A stretch of 64,000 bases of DNA. Source: Ranitomeya imitator (lineage: Eukaryota). Numbering within the stretch: position 1 is the stretch's first letter; the number at the start of each line of letters is the position of its first letter. Position numbers and translations under genes: made by a program. Shown piece by piece: positions 22,843 to 38,312 of this stretch. The stretch spans positions 201,872,001-201,936,000 of the forward strand of contig NC_091288.1 of NCBI RefSeq assembly GCF_032444005.1. The letters are read 5' to 3'. The notes beneath the pieces were generated by a model. That model was given only the letters and a program-made list of their open reading frames with translations, did not search any database and had not been told where the DNA came from.

Positions 22843-25740
22843 TCAGACCGCCGTGCTATTGGGTGATGATTGAAGTCATGTGACCAACGGGAACGTCAGA
22901 CGCTCCGCCCACTGCAGCTGATTGGTGGTTCTCCAACTGATATTTCGCTTTTCAGCACCCTCCATATAGCGCTGTAAAACACGTATAATGCTGAATACAT
23001 CTAAATAGTGCTGTGAAGCGCCATATACCGCAGTGCACCCTCATATAGTGCTCTATGTGTTAATGTAGCTCTGTTTACCCTTCATGTGCTGCAGTATACT
23101 CCAATATAGTGCTGCTATTCATCTGTATAGTGCAGAGTGCCCCCATATACTGCAACTTACTGACAAATGACTGTGCCACTTCCAGAGCTCGGCCGTCATG
23201 GCCCTGCAGGAGGCCAGCGAGGCTTATCTGCTGGGGAGTCTGGGGATGTACTAGATTTTCTCGGCACCACCATCCGCATGTGGGGTGCTGCTGTAATCCC
23301 GTTCATTATCCTCATTTTTCCTCTGCACATTCCCACATCCAGCCAAGTGATCGCGGGGTCCAGTATACTCATCAGCATTGCCAATACTTCGATATGTAGC
23401 AAAGAAGGAGTGGTGTAAAAATTTGGGGGGCATTTTGAGGGCAACCCAAACGTTGTGCCCCACCAAAAAATGTCCCGGTTGACCCAAAACATTCTGAAAA
23501 AAATTACCACACACTCTTATAGTGTTCCTCTACACACCCTGAGAATTTGTGGTCGACAGACCCAAACCGGGCTTAGCAGTGACCTTGCGCACCACAGACT
23601 TCAATGGGCAGGGTCACTTTGGGGAGTCTCTGCTCAGCCCAGTTTGTGGCTATCATCAACCCCAAATGTTCAGGGTGTGTAGCTCTAGTGGACCAGTGCT
23701 GTAAAAATTTAGGGGGCATTTTGAGATGACCCAAAACATATGCCCCTCCCCACCCCCAAACTTCTGAACAAATTACCCGACACTCTTGAATTGTTCCTCT
23801 ACACACCCTGAACATTTGGGGTCGATGGGCACAAACTAGGCTGAGCAGTGACCCTGCGCGCGATAGACTTCCATGGGCAGGGCAGCTTTGGGGGGTAACT
23901 GCTCAGCACAGATTGGGGCTATCGACTTCAAATTTTCATAGTGTGTAGAGGAATAATTCATGAGTGTGGGCTATTTTTTTTCTGAATACCTTGCTCTATA
24001 TACTGTACACACTGCTCTAGATATTGTACACTGCTCTATATACTGTACACACTGCTCTATATATTGTATACTGCTCTATATACTGTACACTGATTTACAT
24101 ACTGTACCCTCTCCTGTATATACTGTACACACTGCTACTGTACACTCTGGTCTATATACTGTGTACTCTGCTGTATATACTGTACACACTGCTCTATATA
24201 CTGTACGCTCTGGTCTATAATACTGTACACTGCTGTATATACTGTTCACACTGCTCTATATACTGTACACTGCTCTAAATACTGTACACACTGCTCTATA
24301 TACTGTATATACTGTATATATACTGTATATATTGCTGTATATATACTGTATATATACTGTATATATTGCTGTATATACTGTACAATCTGTTGCACAGTCT
24401 GTATACACTGCTGTATATACTGCATACTCTGCTCTATATACTGTACACACGGCACTATGCTATACACTGCTCTATATACTGTACACTCTGGTCTATAAAC
24501 TGGACACTGCTGTATATACTGTACTCTGCTTTATATACTGTACACACTGTTGTATATACTGTAGACTCTCCTCTATTATCTGTGACACTTATTACACTGC
24601 TGATCTGGGCTGTGCAGATGTGATGTTGTGCACTATATATACTATATACAGCTGTGTTCTCTGTGTAGACGCTGGATTTTGTGTCTCCGCTTTTCTCCCA
24701 ATATTCCCCTTTTGCACAACAGTGGGGGTCACATACATGCATGAATATTTCCGTTTTCTCCCGAGATGTTCATGTGTTTGGTTGGGGAGTCGCGCTGTGC
24801 AGCTGTCGCCTCATCAGAGCTCTTCCCTCCATTACAGGCCGCAGCGGTCACAGCTTCACACTGGGTAAGACACGATATCAGGCAGGTGATTGCAATCAGC
24901 CCCCGATATGGATCATCTACTGATGTGGAACACGTGTCCCCCCAATACTCTGCACATACGGGGTAGAGTGATATCACAGGTCAGGGAGGTGGCAGTCAGC
25001 GGAGGCCGTCGCCTGTGTTACCCTTCTGGGTTCTCAGCAGCTCCAGCTGGTCCCCACATCGTACAATCAGCTTCCTGTGCGATAGACACTGGAGTAAAGA
25101 TCCCTGTGATGGTGACAAGAGCCGGGAATAGGAGGAACGAGCTCCCGCAGCAGATTTATCTACCCGGACACACAGTGATGTGCAGATCGGGAGGACGGCG
25201 GCGATAATCTCCGCAATTTCTAGGCGTTTCCACTAGTGACGGCTACAAACGGTCGGTGGAGATGATGGAGAAGGAGAAGCGACGGAGGAATCGCGCTCTG
25301 CTGTCCGGTGTTAGCCGGTAAAGGGTTTTTATCCCGGGCAGGGAAGCACAAGGGGAGAGCGGAGCTTCACTACCTGCCAGCCCTTATGCCGAAGTGATCA
25401 GATTCTATTCTGTGTAATCCGCTCATGTAACCAATATTGGCGGAGGCTGCGGGGAGTTATAGATTTCATGTCTTATAAAAGCAGCTCAGCGGGTTATCGA
25501 TTGTGCAGAGGTGTCAGTATGTGCATGTATATATGTGTATGTACATACCCCATACACCCTTGTATCATTTACCAAATAGTACCGTAACAATGAACAGCAT
25601 CAGCGGTTCCAGCTCCATAATGCAAACAGGGGGCAGCACAATAAGATGGGGGCAAACACCAGTATATGTCAGGACTCGGGAGACTTAATGTTAGTCAGAT
25701 AGGAGCTCTGCACTTCCGCAGCCATTTAATCTCATTCAAT

Positions 25741-26555
25741 GAGCCACCACCTCCTCCCCGCAGAGCTGTATGATCAGTGCCACCACCTTCTCCCAACAGA
25801 GCTGTATGATCAGTGCCACCACCTCCTCCTCGCAGAGCTGTATGATCAGTGCCACCACCTCCTCCCCGCAGAGCTGTATGATCAGAGCAACCACCTTCTC
25901 CCCACAGAGCTGTATGATCAGTGCCATCACCCACTCCCCGCAGAGCTGTATGATCAGTGCCACCACCTCCTCGCAGAGCTGTATGATCAGTGCCACCACC
26001 TCCTCCCCACGGAACTGTATGATCAGTGCCACCGCCTCCTCCCCGCAGAGCTGTATGATCAGTGCCACCACCTCCTCCTCGCAGAGCTGTATGATCAGTG
26101 CCACCACCTCCTCCCCGCAGAGCTGTATGATCAGAGCAACCACCTTCTCCCCACAGAGCTGTATGATCAGTGCCATCACCCACTCCCCGCAGAGCTGTAT
26201 GATCAGTGCCACCACCTCCTCGCAGAGCTGTATGATCAGTGCCACCACCTCCTCCCCACGGAACTGTATGATCAGTGCCACCGCCTCCTCCCCGCAGAGC
26301 TGTATGATCAGTGCCACCACCTCCTCCTCCCTGCAGAGCTGTATGATCAGTGCCACCACCTCCTCCTCCCTGCAGAGCTGTATGATCAGTGCCACCACCT
26401 CCTCCTCCCCGCAGAGCTGTATGATCAGTGCCACTACCTCCTCCCCGCAGAGCTGTATGATCAGAGCAACCACTTCCTCCCCAGCAGAGCTATATGATCA
26501 GTGCCACCACCTTCTCCCCACAGAGCTGTATGATCAGTGCCACCACCTTCTCCCC
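25741..26555 (+). repeat. 36-bp HDE minisatellite, about 22 units
   Basis: As 5566-6380. Confidence 0.97.
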
Positions 26556-29206
26556 TTCATTGTCTGTTCTAGTTATATGGAGATAATGGTCCTTGTATGC
26601 AATGTCCAGTAATGATTCCCGAGAGCAGCAGACGCTCCCTGAGGACCCATCTATGCCCAGCAGAGGACACTCATAGCCAGAGACCGGTACCGGGAGTTCC
26701 CTCTCCTCACGCTGCAGAACAGCAGAGCGGGCTGGGGACTAGTGACCGGTGTCACCCGCACTCAGAGCAGCCTGCAGCTGAAGGAGGAATCCCCCCTAAC
26801 AAGGAATGTGCCAGTGACACCCTGACAGCGGAGAAAGGACAGGCAGAACACGCAGCAGCCGGGACTCTCCTCGCTGCGAGCTCCGGTACACAGAGGGGGG
26901 CAGGAAGTTCCGGGCTCAGGAGACGGGGACATCACCTGCCATGGGGTGTAAGGGGATGATCTGTAGCGCTGCATCTAATTATTGGGGGAAGCTCATTATC
27001 ACTTACCAGACGCATTCAGGTGACATTAATGAGCCGCAGGCAGCGAGGCCGCCGAGTACTGTCCTCAATGGGGAGCAGCATTATAACAATGAGAATAACT
27101 TGCCCCCACTGTGATTTTCTTGTTATACGAATTGACGGTTTACTTTATTTTAATAACACTTGTATTGCAAATGACAGAGATCATAAAACTTAGATATAAC
27201 CTGTTTCTTCATATGAAGATTTACATTCACAGAACATTTATTATCTTCCCGTAGAAGATAATGACAACAGCTTAGATGGATAAAACCATAAGCAATGGAG
27301 AAAGAACACAGAGAAAGAATTCCAAAACCTGTCATTCCTCAGTTGCTGGAGCTGTAGAATGATGGGCTGCACAGATTTTAGAGGATCATCTCTTCATTGT
27401 AATAGCTGAATCATTGGAATAGTGATATCCAGCAGGAGACATATGTCAGGACTAATAGTAACAATGCAACAATGAGGCAGACTGAGGTGTGCACTGACTT
27501 GCAGAGAAGCAGCAGTAGTCTGAAGAAGCTGACAATTAAGAACAGCTGTGTACAACCATCTCCTATCTGTAAGCCGCTAGGAAATTAATTGTTAAACACT
27601 TATCTGCTTTTGGAGGCAAAAAAAGACGCTAAATGCTCCTGAGTAACCTCATATCTTGTATTTTACTAACATGTTTTTCTTTTCCCTTATTTAGGCTATT
27701 CAATTTTAGTTACCATATTACATTTCTCCTGTAACTCTGACCTGCTTGGACTGTTGTCTTTTCCTACACTTTTATCATATTTGATCCTTTTTCTTACCCT
27801 ATTAAAATTTATATTTACCGTCCCTCTTTTATTTATGTCTGATATAAAACTGTTTGTGTGTATTGATTATACTTTAAAAAACAAAAAAAACTACAAATCG
27901 CTCTGAGTTCAGTGGCTTTTTATTCCAGCTCTTGCTCCATGGATCGTCCGATACTTTGTGGTCTCGTATTAATTGAAGTTTATGATTCTCACTTTGTTTC
28001 TCCAAAGAAAACATTTATTTATTAAATGACTCCACGGTGATTTGGAAGGTGATTACAGGAGATTGCTGTTGGTGGACTTTATATCACATCACAAGAAGCT
28101 GCGGAAACTACAACAAGCGGGAAATTCAAAATTCCTACCCGCCCTGTGTGCAGCCAATCTGCAGAGGAAGGGGAGGGGCTAACGTTAACCGTTTAGGAAC
28201 GTGGAGTTCCCGCTGAGTGGCTGATGAATTTTCCGTTTTTTGTCTTTCTGTAGTTTCAGGACGATCAGATGTCCGAAAAGTGTTTGTGTGGAGCGATCAA
28301 TGGTCACTTGTGTCCCATACAGGAGTTTATATATTTCCAGGATCAAGGGAGAAGTATCCGCTTTCTATAATAGAAGGTGCAGAACTTTGCGACTATAGTG
28401 ACTCCATCAGACCAGCAATATTCAGTGCAGGGAATATACAGAAACGAGGTCATGCAGATTAGAAACAATCTTAAAATTGGGGTGGGGAGTCTAAAATGCT
28501 GATTAATGTTATCTAGGGAAACCTACTATAGAACTGTAAACTCCTGCAGTGAGAAGAATAACAGGAAATATCGCAGAGTAGATGGGCGCCCTGTATGGTC
28601 ACATATGAGCATTCTTGCCGCATCCAGTCCCATCACACATCAATATCTTTGCGGATTATTCTAGTATTGGTCCTGATCAGGGCGCACAGGGAAGGGGGGA
28701 TGAGATTATTACATTTCCGCATATATGTATTTACTCCCCCACACACTGCAGACTGAGCCGCGAGTGACCCAGAGACCAGATGTTACCGAGCACAAGTGAT
28801 CCCTCCGGGCATAATTATATGTGAGGAATGAGCTCGTCTTGAGGGAGGATTTGGTGGCTCTGAAAAGAGCCTTTGTGTTGTGGTCGGTGCCGGGGCAGAT
28901 CTAAGCTCTCTCCCCACGGATCCGGCGGGCTTGGGAAAACCAGGTTTGTCTTTCTAGGTCAAAATATTGGAAAAGACTCTGGTCCCAGATCACACACTGC
29001 GGGCACATCCCAGAATCTGGATAATGCGGCTTCATTCCTTCGACCGGGAACCCACAGCATTAGTGGCTCAGTAAAGGTTCTAAACGATATATTAACTTTA
29101 AAACCACCAGGAACAAGAGCGCAGGAATAGGAAGGTGCAGCCTCTCACTGAGATGTGGGTGGCTCTGAAAAGAGCCTTTGGGTTGTGAGGACAGAAGAGA
29201 ACACAA

Positions 29207-29569
<363 letters not shown>

Positions 29570-30794
29570 TTATATAGAGAGTGAGCGGACCGGAGCGAGA
29601 ACTGTACAGATGACGCGTTTCCGGGGCGAGATTTCTGGTACTGAATTTGCAGTTAGCCCCTCCCTTTAGTCTCTGATTGGTTGAGCACAGAACAGTTGCT
29701 AATTTTGAATTTCCCGCTTATTGTGCTCTTATTTCCCCGCTTCTCTATTCTTCTCATCTCGGCGCCGCTGCTAGATCTGTTGGTTATTTCGATTTTTTTT
29801 CATTGTTATTTATGTTGCTAGTTTCCAGCTTCTGCCAAATGTTAGCTAGTAGAATAAAAAATATATTCTAGGGACAATAATCTACAGAAAACTCGTGATC
29901 CCCGGCAGTCACTCATCATTACACGTGGTGCCGGACTGGCGGCCATTACCGGTCCCTCAGAGCAGGGAGCTGCATGTAACCAGTCACCCTGCGGCTCCAG
30001 CCCTGGAGAAGATGGGAAAAGTCAAATATACGAGAATTGCTTAACGACCCACCCACCACAAATGCGACCATCGCAGCACACGGGGGAGGGATCTGCTCAG
30101 ACCAGTGTCAGGCAGAATAGATCACATAAAGGCGTCATCACCGATCTGAGGGACAAATGAGGTTATTAACAGAAACTAAGCGCAGAGATCTCCGATCCGA
30201 ACAAAAGAGAACAACCTAAAGCCGCAAGACTGAGGAGGCGGCACTAGGACCCAGCGCGTGAGACAGCAGATTGTGATCGGTTATGATCCTCAGGAGCGCG
30301 AGCAGCAAATGAGCGGGAATTTCAAATCCACCAGCGGATCGGTAAATGACCACAAAACATCAGCATAAAGAACCGTTCTCAGGAACCGACCAATCACCGA
30401 TTACTTTTACTCCATTAACTCAATAGTGACCGCGTTCCTGCAGATCCACCCCATTTACGTCTGCACTGTATAGGAACCGCACATCCACCACCGCAAACCC
30501 GGTTGTGCACTGTACACACTTTACGCGGTCCTTATAACACGTCGGTTTTGTTATAGATGTCGGACACTTTTGGACTGGGCGAGAATAGAGAATGTGCAGA
30601 GCGATAACCAATATCGCTGATCACCTGCAATATCGGAAGCAGCAGCCTCCGTCCATTTAACTGATCGACCGTGCCTGCGCTTCGTACACTGAGAATACGC
30701 GCAGAAAAGGGACTGCTCAGGAATCGGCTCATTTGGGAGAGACTTTGGTGGCTCTGAAAAGAGCCTTTGTGTTGTGGTCGCAGCCGGGGCAGAT

Positions 30795-31394
<600 letters not shown>

Positions 31395-31613
31395 CTAATC
31401 CCGCCCCTGAAGTCCCCGCCTCTTCCGTGATGCGTCTGTCCTCAGATCACTCATTTGCCGCTTGCTGGAGCAGCTGATGTATTTGCGTTCAAATGTCCCC
31501 GTGTATAGCGCTGTACAGTGCAGCTCCCGCAATATCGACAGATCACACAAACCCCCCATCCTGAGACTGCGCCCAGCATCAGTTATATTACAAACATTAG
31601 AAGTCCGAGAACT

Positions 31614-33154
31614 AATCATACAGCTCTGCGGGGAGGAGGCGGTGGCACTGATCATACAGCTCTGTGGGGAGGAGGTGGTGGCTCTGATCATACAGCTCTG
31701 TGGGGAGAAGGTGGTTGCTCTGATCATACAGCTCTGCGGGGAGGAGGTAGTGGCACTGATAATACAGCTCTGCGGGGAGGAGGTAGTGGCACTGATCATA
31801 CAGCTCTGTGGGGAGAAGGTGGTTGCTCTGATCATACAGCTCTGCGAGGAGGAGGTGATGGCACTGATCATACAGCTCTGCGGGGAGGAGGTGGTGGCAC
31901 TGATCATACAGCTCTGCGGGGAGGAGGTGGTGGCTCTGATCATACAGCTCTGTGGGGAGAGGTGGTGGCACTGATCATACAGCTCTGCTGGGGAGGAGGT
32001 GGTTGCTCTGATCATACAGCTCTGCGGGGAGGAGGTAGTGGCACTGATCATACAGCTCTGCGGGGAGGAGGTAGTGGCTCTGATCATACAGCTCTGCGGG
32101 GAGAATGTGATGGCTCTGATCATACAGCTCTGCTGGGGAGGAGGTGGTGGCTCTGATCATACAGCTCTGTGGGGAGAAGGTGGTTGCTCTGATCATACAG
32201 CTCTGCGGGGAGGAGGTAGTGGCACTGATAATACAGCTCTGCGGGGAGGAGGTAGTGGCACTGATCATACAGCTCTGTGGGGAGAAGGTGGTTGCTCTGA
32301 TCATACAGCTCTGCGAGGAGGAGGTGATGGCACTGATCATACAGCTCTGCGGGGAGGAGGTGGTGGCACTGATCATACAGCTCTGTGGGGAGAAGGTGGT
32401 TGCTCTGATCATACAGCTCTGCGGGGAGGAGGTGGTGGCACTGATCATACAGCTCTGCGAGGAGGAGGTGGTGGCACTGATCATACAGCTCTGCGGGGAG
32501 TGGGTGATGGCACTGATCATACAGCTCTGCGGGGAGGAGGTGGTGGCACTGATCATACAGCTCTGCGGGGAGGAGGTGGTGGCACTGATCATACAGCTCT
32601 GCGGGGAGGAGGTAGTGGCTCTGATCATACAGCTCTGCGGGGAGAATGTGATGGCTCTGATCATACAGCTCTGCTGGGGAGGAGGTGGTGGCTCTGATCA
32701 TACAGCTCTGTGGGGAGAAGGTGGTTGCTCTGATCATACAGCTCTGCGGGGAGGAGGTAGTGGCACTGATAATACAGCTCTGCGGGGAGGAGGTAGTGGC
32801 ACTGATCATACAGCTCTGCGGGGAGGAGGTGGTGGCACTGATCATACAGCTCTGTGGGGAGAAGGTGGTTGCTCTGATCATACAGCTCTGCGGGGAGGAG
32901 GTGGTGGCACTGATCATACAGCTCTGCGAGGAGGAGGTGGTGGCACTGATCATACAGCTCTGCGGGGAGTGGGTGATGGCACTGATCATACAGCTCTGCG
33001 GGGAGGAGGTGGTGGCACTGATCATACAGCTCTGCGGGGAGGTGGTGGCACTGATCATACAGCCCTGTGGGGAGGAGGTAGTGGCACTGATCATACAGCT
33101 CTGCTGGGAGGAGGTGTTGGCACTGATCATACAGCTCTGCGGGGAGGAGGTAGT
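31614..33154 (-). repeat. 36-bp HDE minisatellite 3' of H1, about 43 units
   Basis: Expanded allele. Confidence 0.97.
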
Positions 33155-33179
33155 GGCTCTTATAAGAGCCTTTGTGGTA

Positions 33180-33836
33180 TCAGAACAGGGGCTGCAGCTT
33201 ATTTCTTAGCCGCGGGCTTCTTGGCTTTCGCAGCCTTCTTAACCGACTCTTGGCGGGTTTGGCCGCCTTCTTAGCCGGACTCTTCGTCACCTTCTTGGGC
33301 TTGGGAGCGGCTTTCGGCTTTTTGGGGCTCTTGGCCGCTTTCTTGGCAGCTGCGGGCTTCTTGGCCTTTTTCGGGCTCTTCTTGGCCGCGGTCGGAGCCT
33401 TCTTGGGCTTCTTCGGAGATTTGGCGGCTTTCTTGGCAGCAGCGGGTTTCTTAGGTTTGGCCGCAGCTGCTGGCTTCTTCTTGGCCACTTTGTCCTTCGT
33501 CTCCTGCTTCTTGTTCAGCTTGAAGGACCCGGAGGCGCCGCTGCCCTTCACCTGGAGGAGGGCGCCCTTGGTGACCAGAGACTTGACGGCCAGCTTCAGG
33601 CGGCTGTTGTTCTTCTCTACATCGTATCCTCCGGCAGACAGAGCCTTCTTCAGGGCGGCCAGAGACACCCCGCTGCGCTCCTTGGAGGCGGACACGGCTT
33701 TCACGATCAGCTCGGAGACGCTGGGGCCGGAGGGTTTATTGCTCTTCTTGGCAGCAGATTTCTTCGGCTGCTTCTTGGATTTGGCGGCCGGTTCTGCGGG
33801 AGGGGGAGCGGCGGCTGGCGCGGTCTCTGCCATCAT
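33180..33836 (-). CDS. H1: Linker histone H1, frameshifted C-terminus (218 aa) ending [21 protein letters not shown]
   Basis: ttagccggactc (unit 1) becomes ttaaccgactc; new TGA at 33180-33182 lies before the stem-loop at 33155-33170. Confidence 0.93.
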   Translation of the reverse strand: MMAETAPAAAPPPAEPAAKSKKQPKKSAAKKSNKPSGPSVSELIVKAVSASKERSGVSLAALKKALSAGGYDVEKNNSRLKLAVKSLVTKGALLQVKGSGASGSFKLNKKQETKDKVAKKKPAAAAKPKKPAAAKKAAKSPKKPKKAPTAAKKSPKKAKKPAAAKKAAKSPKKPKAAPKPKKVTKSPAKKAAKPAKSRLRRLRKPRSPRLRNKLQPLF

Positions 33837-36800
33837 GTGCTGCGGAAAAACAAAATGAAAATATTTCCTGATAGGAAGGAAAACACTGAGGCCGGAGCTG
33901 GAGGCGCCTGTTATATGTACAGGCTTACTGCGCACTGATTGGCTGCTGAGCTGCACCGTTCTGAGCTTCTATTGGCTGACACTGGACATAAACCCCGCCT
34001 CCTCCCAGCTGAGTCCGGGTGAAGCACCGCTCTCTCCTTGTGCTTCCCTGCCCGGGATAAAAGCCCTTTACCGGCTAACACCGGACAGCAGAGCGCGCTT
34101 CCTCCATCGCCTCTCCTTCTCCAACATCTCCACCGGCCATTTGTAGCCGTCACTAGCAGAGATGCCGGGAAAGAGCGGAGAACAAATCCCGGGATCATCG
34201 CCGCCGTCCTCCCGATCTGCACCTCACTGTGTACCGGGGAGATAAATCTGCTGCGGGAGCTCGTTCCTCCTATTCCCGGCTCTTGTCACCATCACAGGGA
34301 TCTTTACTCCAATGTCTATCGTACAGGGAGCTGATTGTACGATGTGGGGACGAGCTGGAGCTGCTGAGAACCCAGAAGGGTAACACAGGCGACGGCCTCC
34401 GCTGACTGCCCCCTCCCTGACCTGTGATATCACTGTACCCCGTATGTGCAGAGGATTGGGGGGACACGTGTTCCACATCAGTAGATGATCCACATCGGTG
34501 GCTGAGTGCAATCACCTGCCTGATATCTTGTCTTAGTGGTGGGAAAGAGCTCTGATGAGGCGACAGCTGCACAGTGCGACTCCCCAACCAAACACATGAA
34601 CATCTCAGGGGAGAAAACTGAAATATTAACGGATGTATATGACCCCCACTATTATGCAAAAGGGGAATATTGGGAGAAGAGCGGAGACACAAAATCCAGC
34701 GTCTACACAGAGAACACAGCTGTATATAGTATATATAGTGCACAGCATCACATCTGCACAGCCCAGATCAGCAGTGTAATAAGTGCCACTGATAATAGAG
34801 GAGAGGGTACAGTATATACAGCAGAGTGTACAGTATATAGAGCAGAGTACACAGTATATAGAGCAGAGTGTACAGTATATAGACCAGAGTGTACAGTATA
34901 CAGAGCAGTGTGTGCAGTATATACAGCAGAGTGTACAGTATATAGAGCAGTGTATAGTATATACAGCAGTGTACAGTATATAGAGCAGTGTATAGTATAG
35001 TATAGTGCGGTGTGTACAGTATATAGAGCGGTGTGTGCAGTATATACAGCAGAGTACACTGTATGTAGACCAGAGTGTACAGTATATACAGCAGAGTACA
35101 CAGTATATAGACCAGAGTGTACAGTATACAGAGCAGTGTGTGCAGTATATGCAGCAGAGTACACAGTATATAGAGCAGTGTACAGTATATACAGCAGTGT
35201 ACAGTATTTACAGCAATGTACAGTAAATAGACCAGAGTGTACAGTATATAGAGCAGTGTACAGTAGTGCGGTGTGTGCAGTATATAGAGCAGAGTATACA
35301 GTATATACAGCAGAGTACAGTATATAGAGCAGAGTGCACAGTATAAAGAGCTGTGTGTACAGTATATACAGGAGAGGGTACAGTACATAGAGCAGTGTGT
35401 ACAGTATATAGAGCACTGTACACAGTATATACAGCAGTGTGTACAGTATGTAGAGGAGAGTGTAGAGTATGTACAGCAGTGTGTACAGTATATAGATCAT
35501 TGTGTGCATTATATAGAGCAAAGCGTTCAGTATATAGAGCAGTGTGCAGTATAGTGCGGTGTATATAGAGCAGTGTATACAGTATACTATTATTATTTTT
35601 TTATATAGCACCATTGATTCCATGGTGCTGTACATGAGCGGTGACCTCCCAAAGTGTAGAGGAACAATTCAAGAGTGTGGGGTACTTATTTCAGAATTCG
35701 GGGGGGGGGGGGGGGTTAACGGCCCGGGGGGGGGGCATTTTTTTGAGGGGCATTACTTGTGGGCAAGGTCAATTTGGGGGGTCACAGCTCAACCCGGTTT
35801 TGGGCTATCAACCCCAAATTTTCAGGGTGTGTAGAGTACCCCTAGCGAACCAATAGTGTAAAAAATTGAGGGTGGCACTTTGAGGGCACCCCAAAACTAA
35901 TGCCCCCCCACCCCCAAAAAAAAAAAAAAAAAAAAATGCCCCCCTCCCATTAACCTAAAAATTCTGAAAAAAAAATAGCCCAACTAATGAATTGTTCCTC
36001 TACACACTATGAAAATTTGACGTCGATAGCCCCAATCTGGGCTGAGCAGTTACCCCCCAAAGCTGCCCTGCCCATTGAAGCCTATCGCGCGCAGGGTCAC
36101 TGCCCAGCCTGGTTTGTGCCTACCGACCCCACATTTTCAGGGTGTGTAGAGGAACAATTCAAGAGTGTCGGGTAATTTGTTCAGAAGTTTGGGGGTCGGG
36201 AAGGGGGGCATATTTTTGGGGTGATCTCAAAATGCCCCCCACATTTTTGCAGCACTGGTCCACTAGAGCTATGGGTACGCTACACACCCTGAAAATGTGT
36301 GGTTGATAGCCACAAACAGGGCTGAGCAGAGACTCCCCAAAGTGACCCTGCCCATTGAAGTCTATGGTGCGCAAGGTCACTGCTCAGCCCGATTTGGGTC
36401 TGTCGACCACAAATTCTCAGGGTGTGTAGAGGAACACTTTAAGAGTGTGTGGTAATTTTTTTCAGAATGTTTTGGGTCAACCGGGGCATTTTTTGGTGGG
36501 GCACAACGTTTGGGTTGCCCTCAAAAGCCCCCCAAAGTTTTACACCACACCTCCTTTGCTACATATCGAAGTATTGGCAATGCTGATGAGTATACTGGAC
36601 CCCGCGATCACTTGGCTGGATGTGGGAATGTGCAGAGGAAAAATGAGGATAATGAACGGGATTACAGCAGCACCCCACATGCGGATGGTGGTGCCGAGAA
36701 AATCTAGTACATCAGCCTCATTCTGGAGAGGTGCTGACATGAAGGATTGATCAGCTCTCCGTGAGAGAGAGCGAGAAAGAAAGAGAGAGAGAAAGCCTGA

Positions 36801-37991
36801 TGTGACGCTACCGGGTCTCGGGTGGGGGAAGTCGCCGGTTCTGTAAAGCGAGTGTGTAGTGGGGGTCAGCACACACACGGCGACTAAGGAGTTAAATGGA
36901 GGCGGATATTCCTGTATCTGGGATTGGTCGGCGCCTGCGGATGTCTCTCGCTCATTGGCTGATTACAGATCCGTTGATGGTTTTGAATTTCCCGCTCAAT
37001 ATCTGTTCTTTGTCCGTCGGATTATTACCGGCCCCTCTGCTGGAGCGGCGATCGCCGATAATACCGGGTCCTGTCCTCCCAGCTGTCTGCCCCCAAACAC
37101 GGGGATCGGTTTGCTTATCGGTTGCCATTAATATTCTGGGGAGGTTATAATAGTCTTCAGAGGCGCCTTCCATCCGAAACATTAGTGTCCAGGACGTGGT
37201 CATCACATAGGAGTCTCCGTACCCGGTACACAGGGCGTCCGTCTATCCAGCTGCCTCAGACAGCCACATTCCCTGTGAATATTCGCTGCCCCCTGTTCAG
37301 TATAACATCAAGTAGCAGAATCAACACATTCATCTCACGGCAGGACTGTAGTAACCGCATCACTCCGGGGTTTGTACTGTGTGCATAGAGGGGCCTCCGG
37401 GAGGCAGTGTGCGGATATATCCCCCATAAATCTGTGAGGTTTGAGATCAATAAGAAGAAACCGCATCACCCGAAGTTTGCGGTGCCGGCTCTAGTATGGA
37501 AAGACGGGGAGGAAAATAAGAGGGGAGAGTAGAGAAGACACGTCCCAGGCTGTGACCGATACTACAGGCAGCCGCACGGGGGATATTGTGCCCTGCAGAG
37601 ACGCTGCGCCCGATACTAATCAGCGCCCAATAAAAGCAGGATCTTAGGACAACATCTTAACAGATTTAGAAAACGCCGGGAGTTGCTCCGTTATTAGAGC
37701 TGTAGAGGGATCTGCTTGGGAAAACCAGGTTAGTCTTTCTAGGTCAAAATATTGGAAAAGACCCTAGTCCCAGATCACACACTGCGGGCACATCCCAGAA
37801 TCTGGATAATGCGGTTTCATTCCTTCGACCGGGAACCCACAGCATTAGTGGCTCAGTAAAGGTTCTAAACGATATATTAACTTTATAACCACCAGGAACC
37901 AGAGCGCAGGAATAGGAAGGTGCAGCCTCTCACTGAGATGTGGGTGGCTCTGAAAAGAGCCTTTGGGTTGTGAAGACAGAAGAGAACACAA

Positions 37992-38312
<321 letters not shown>

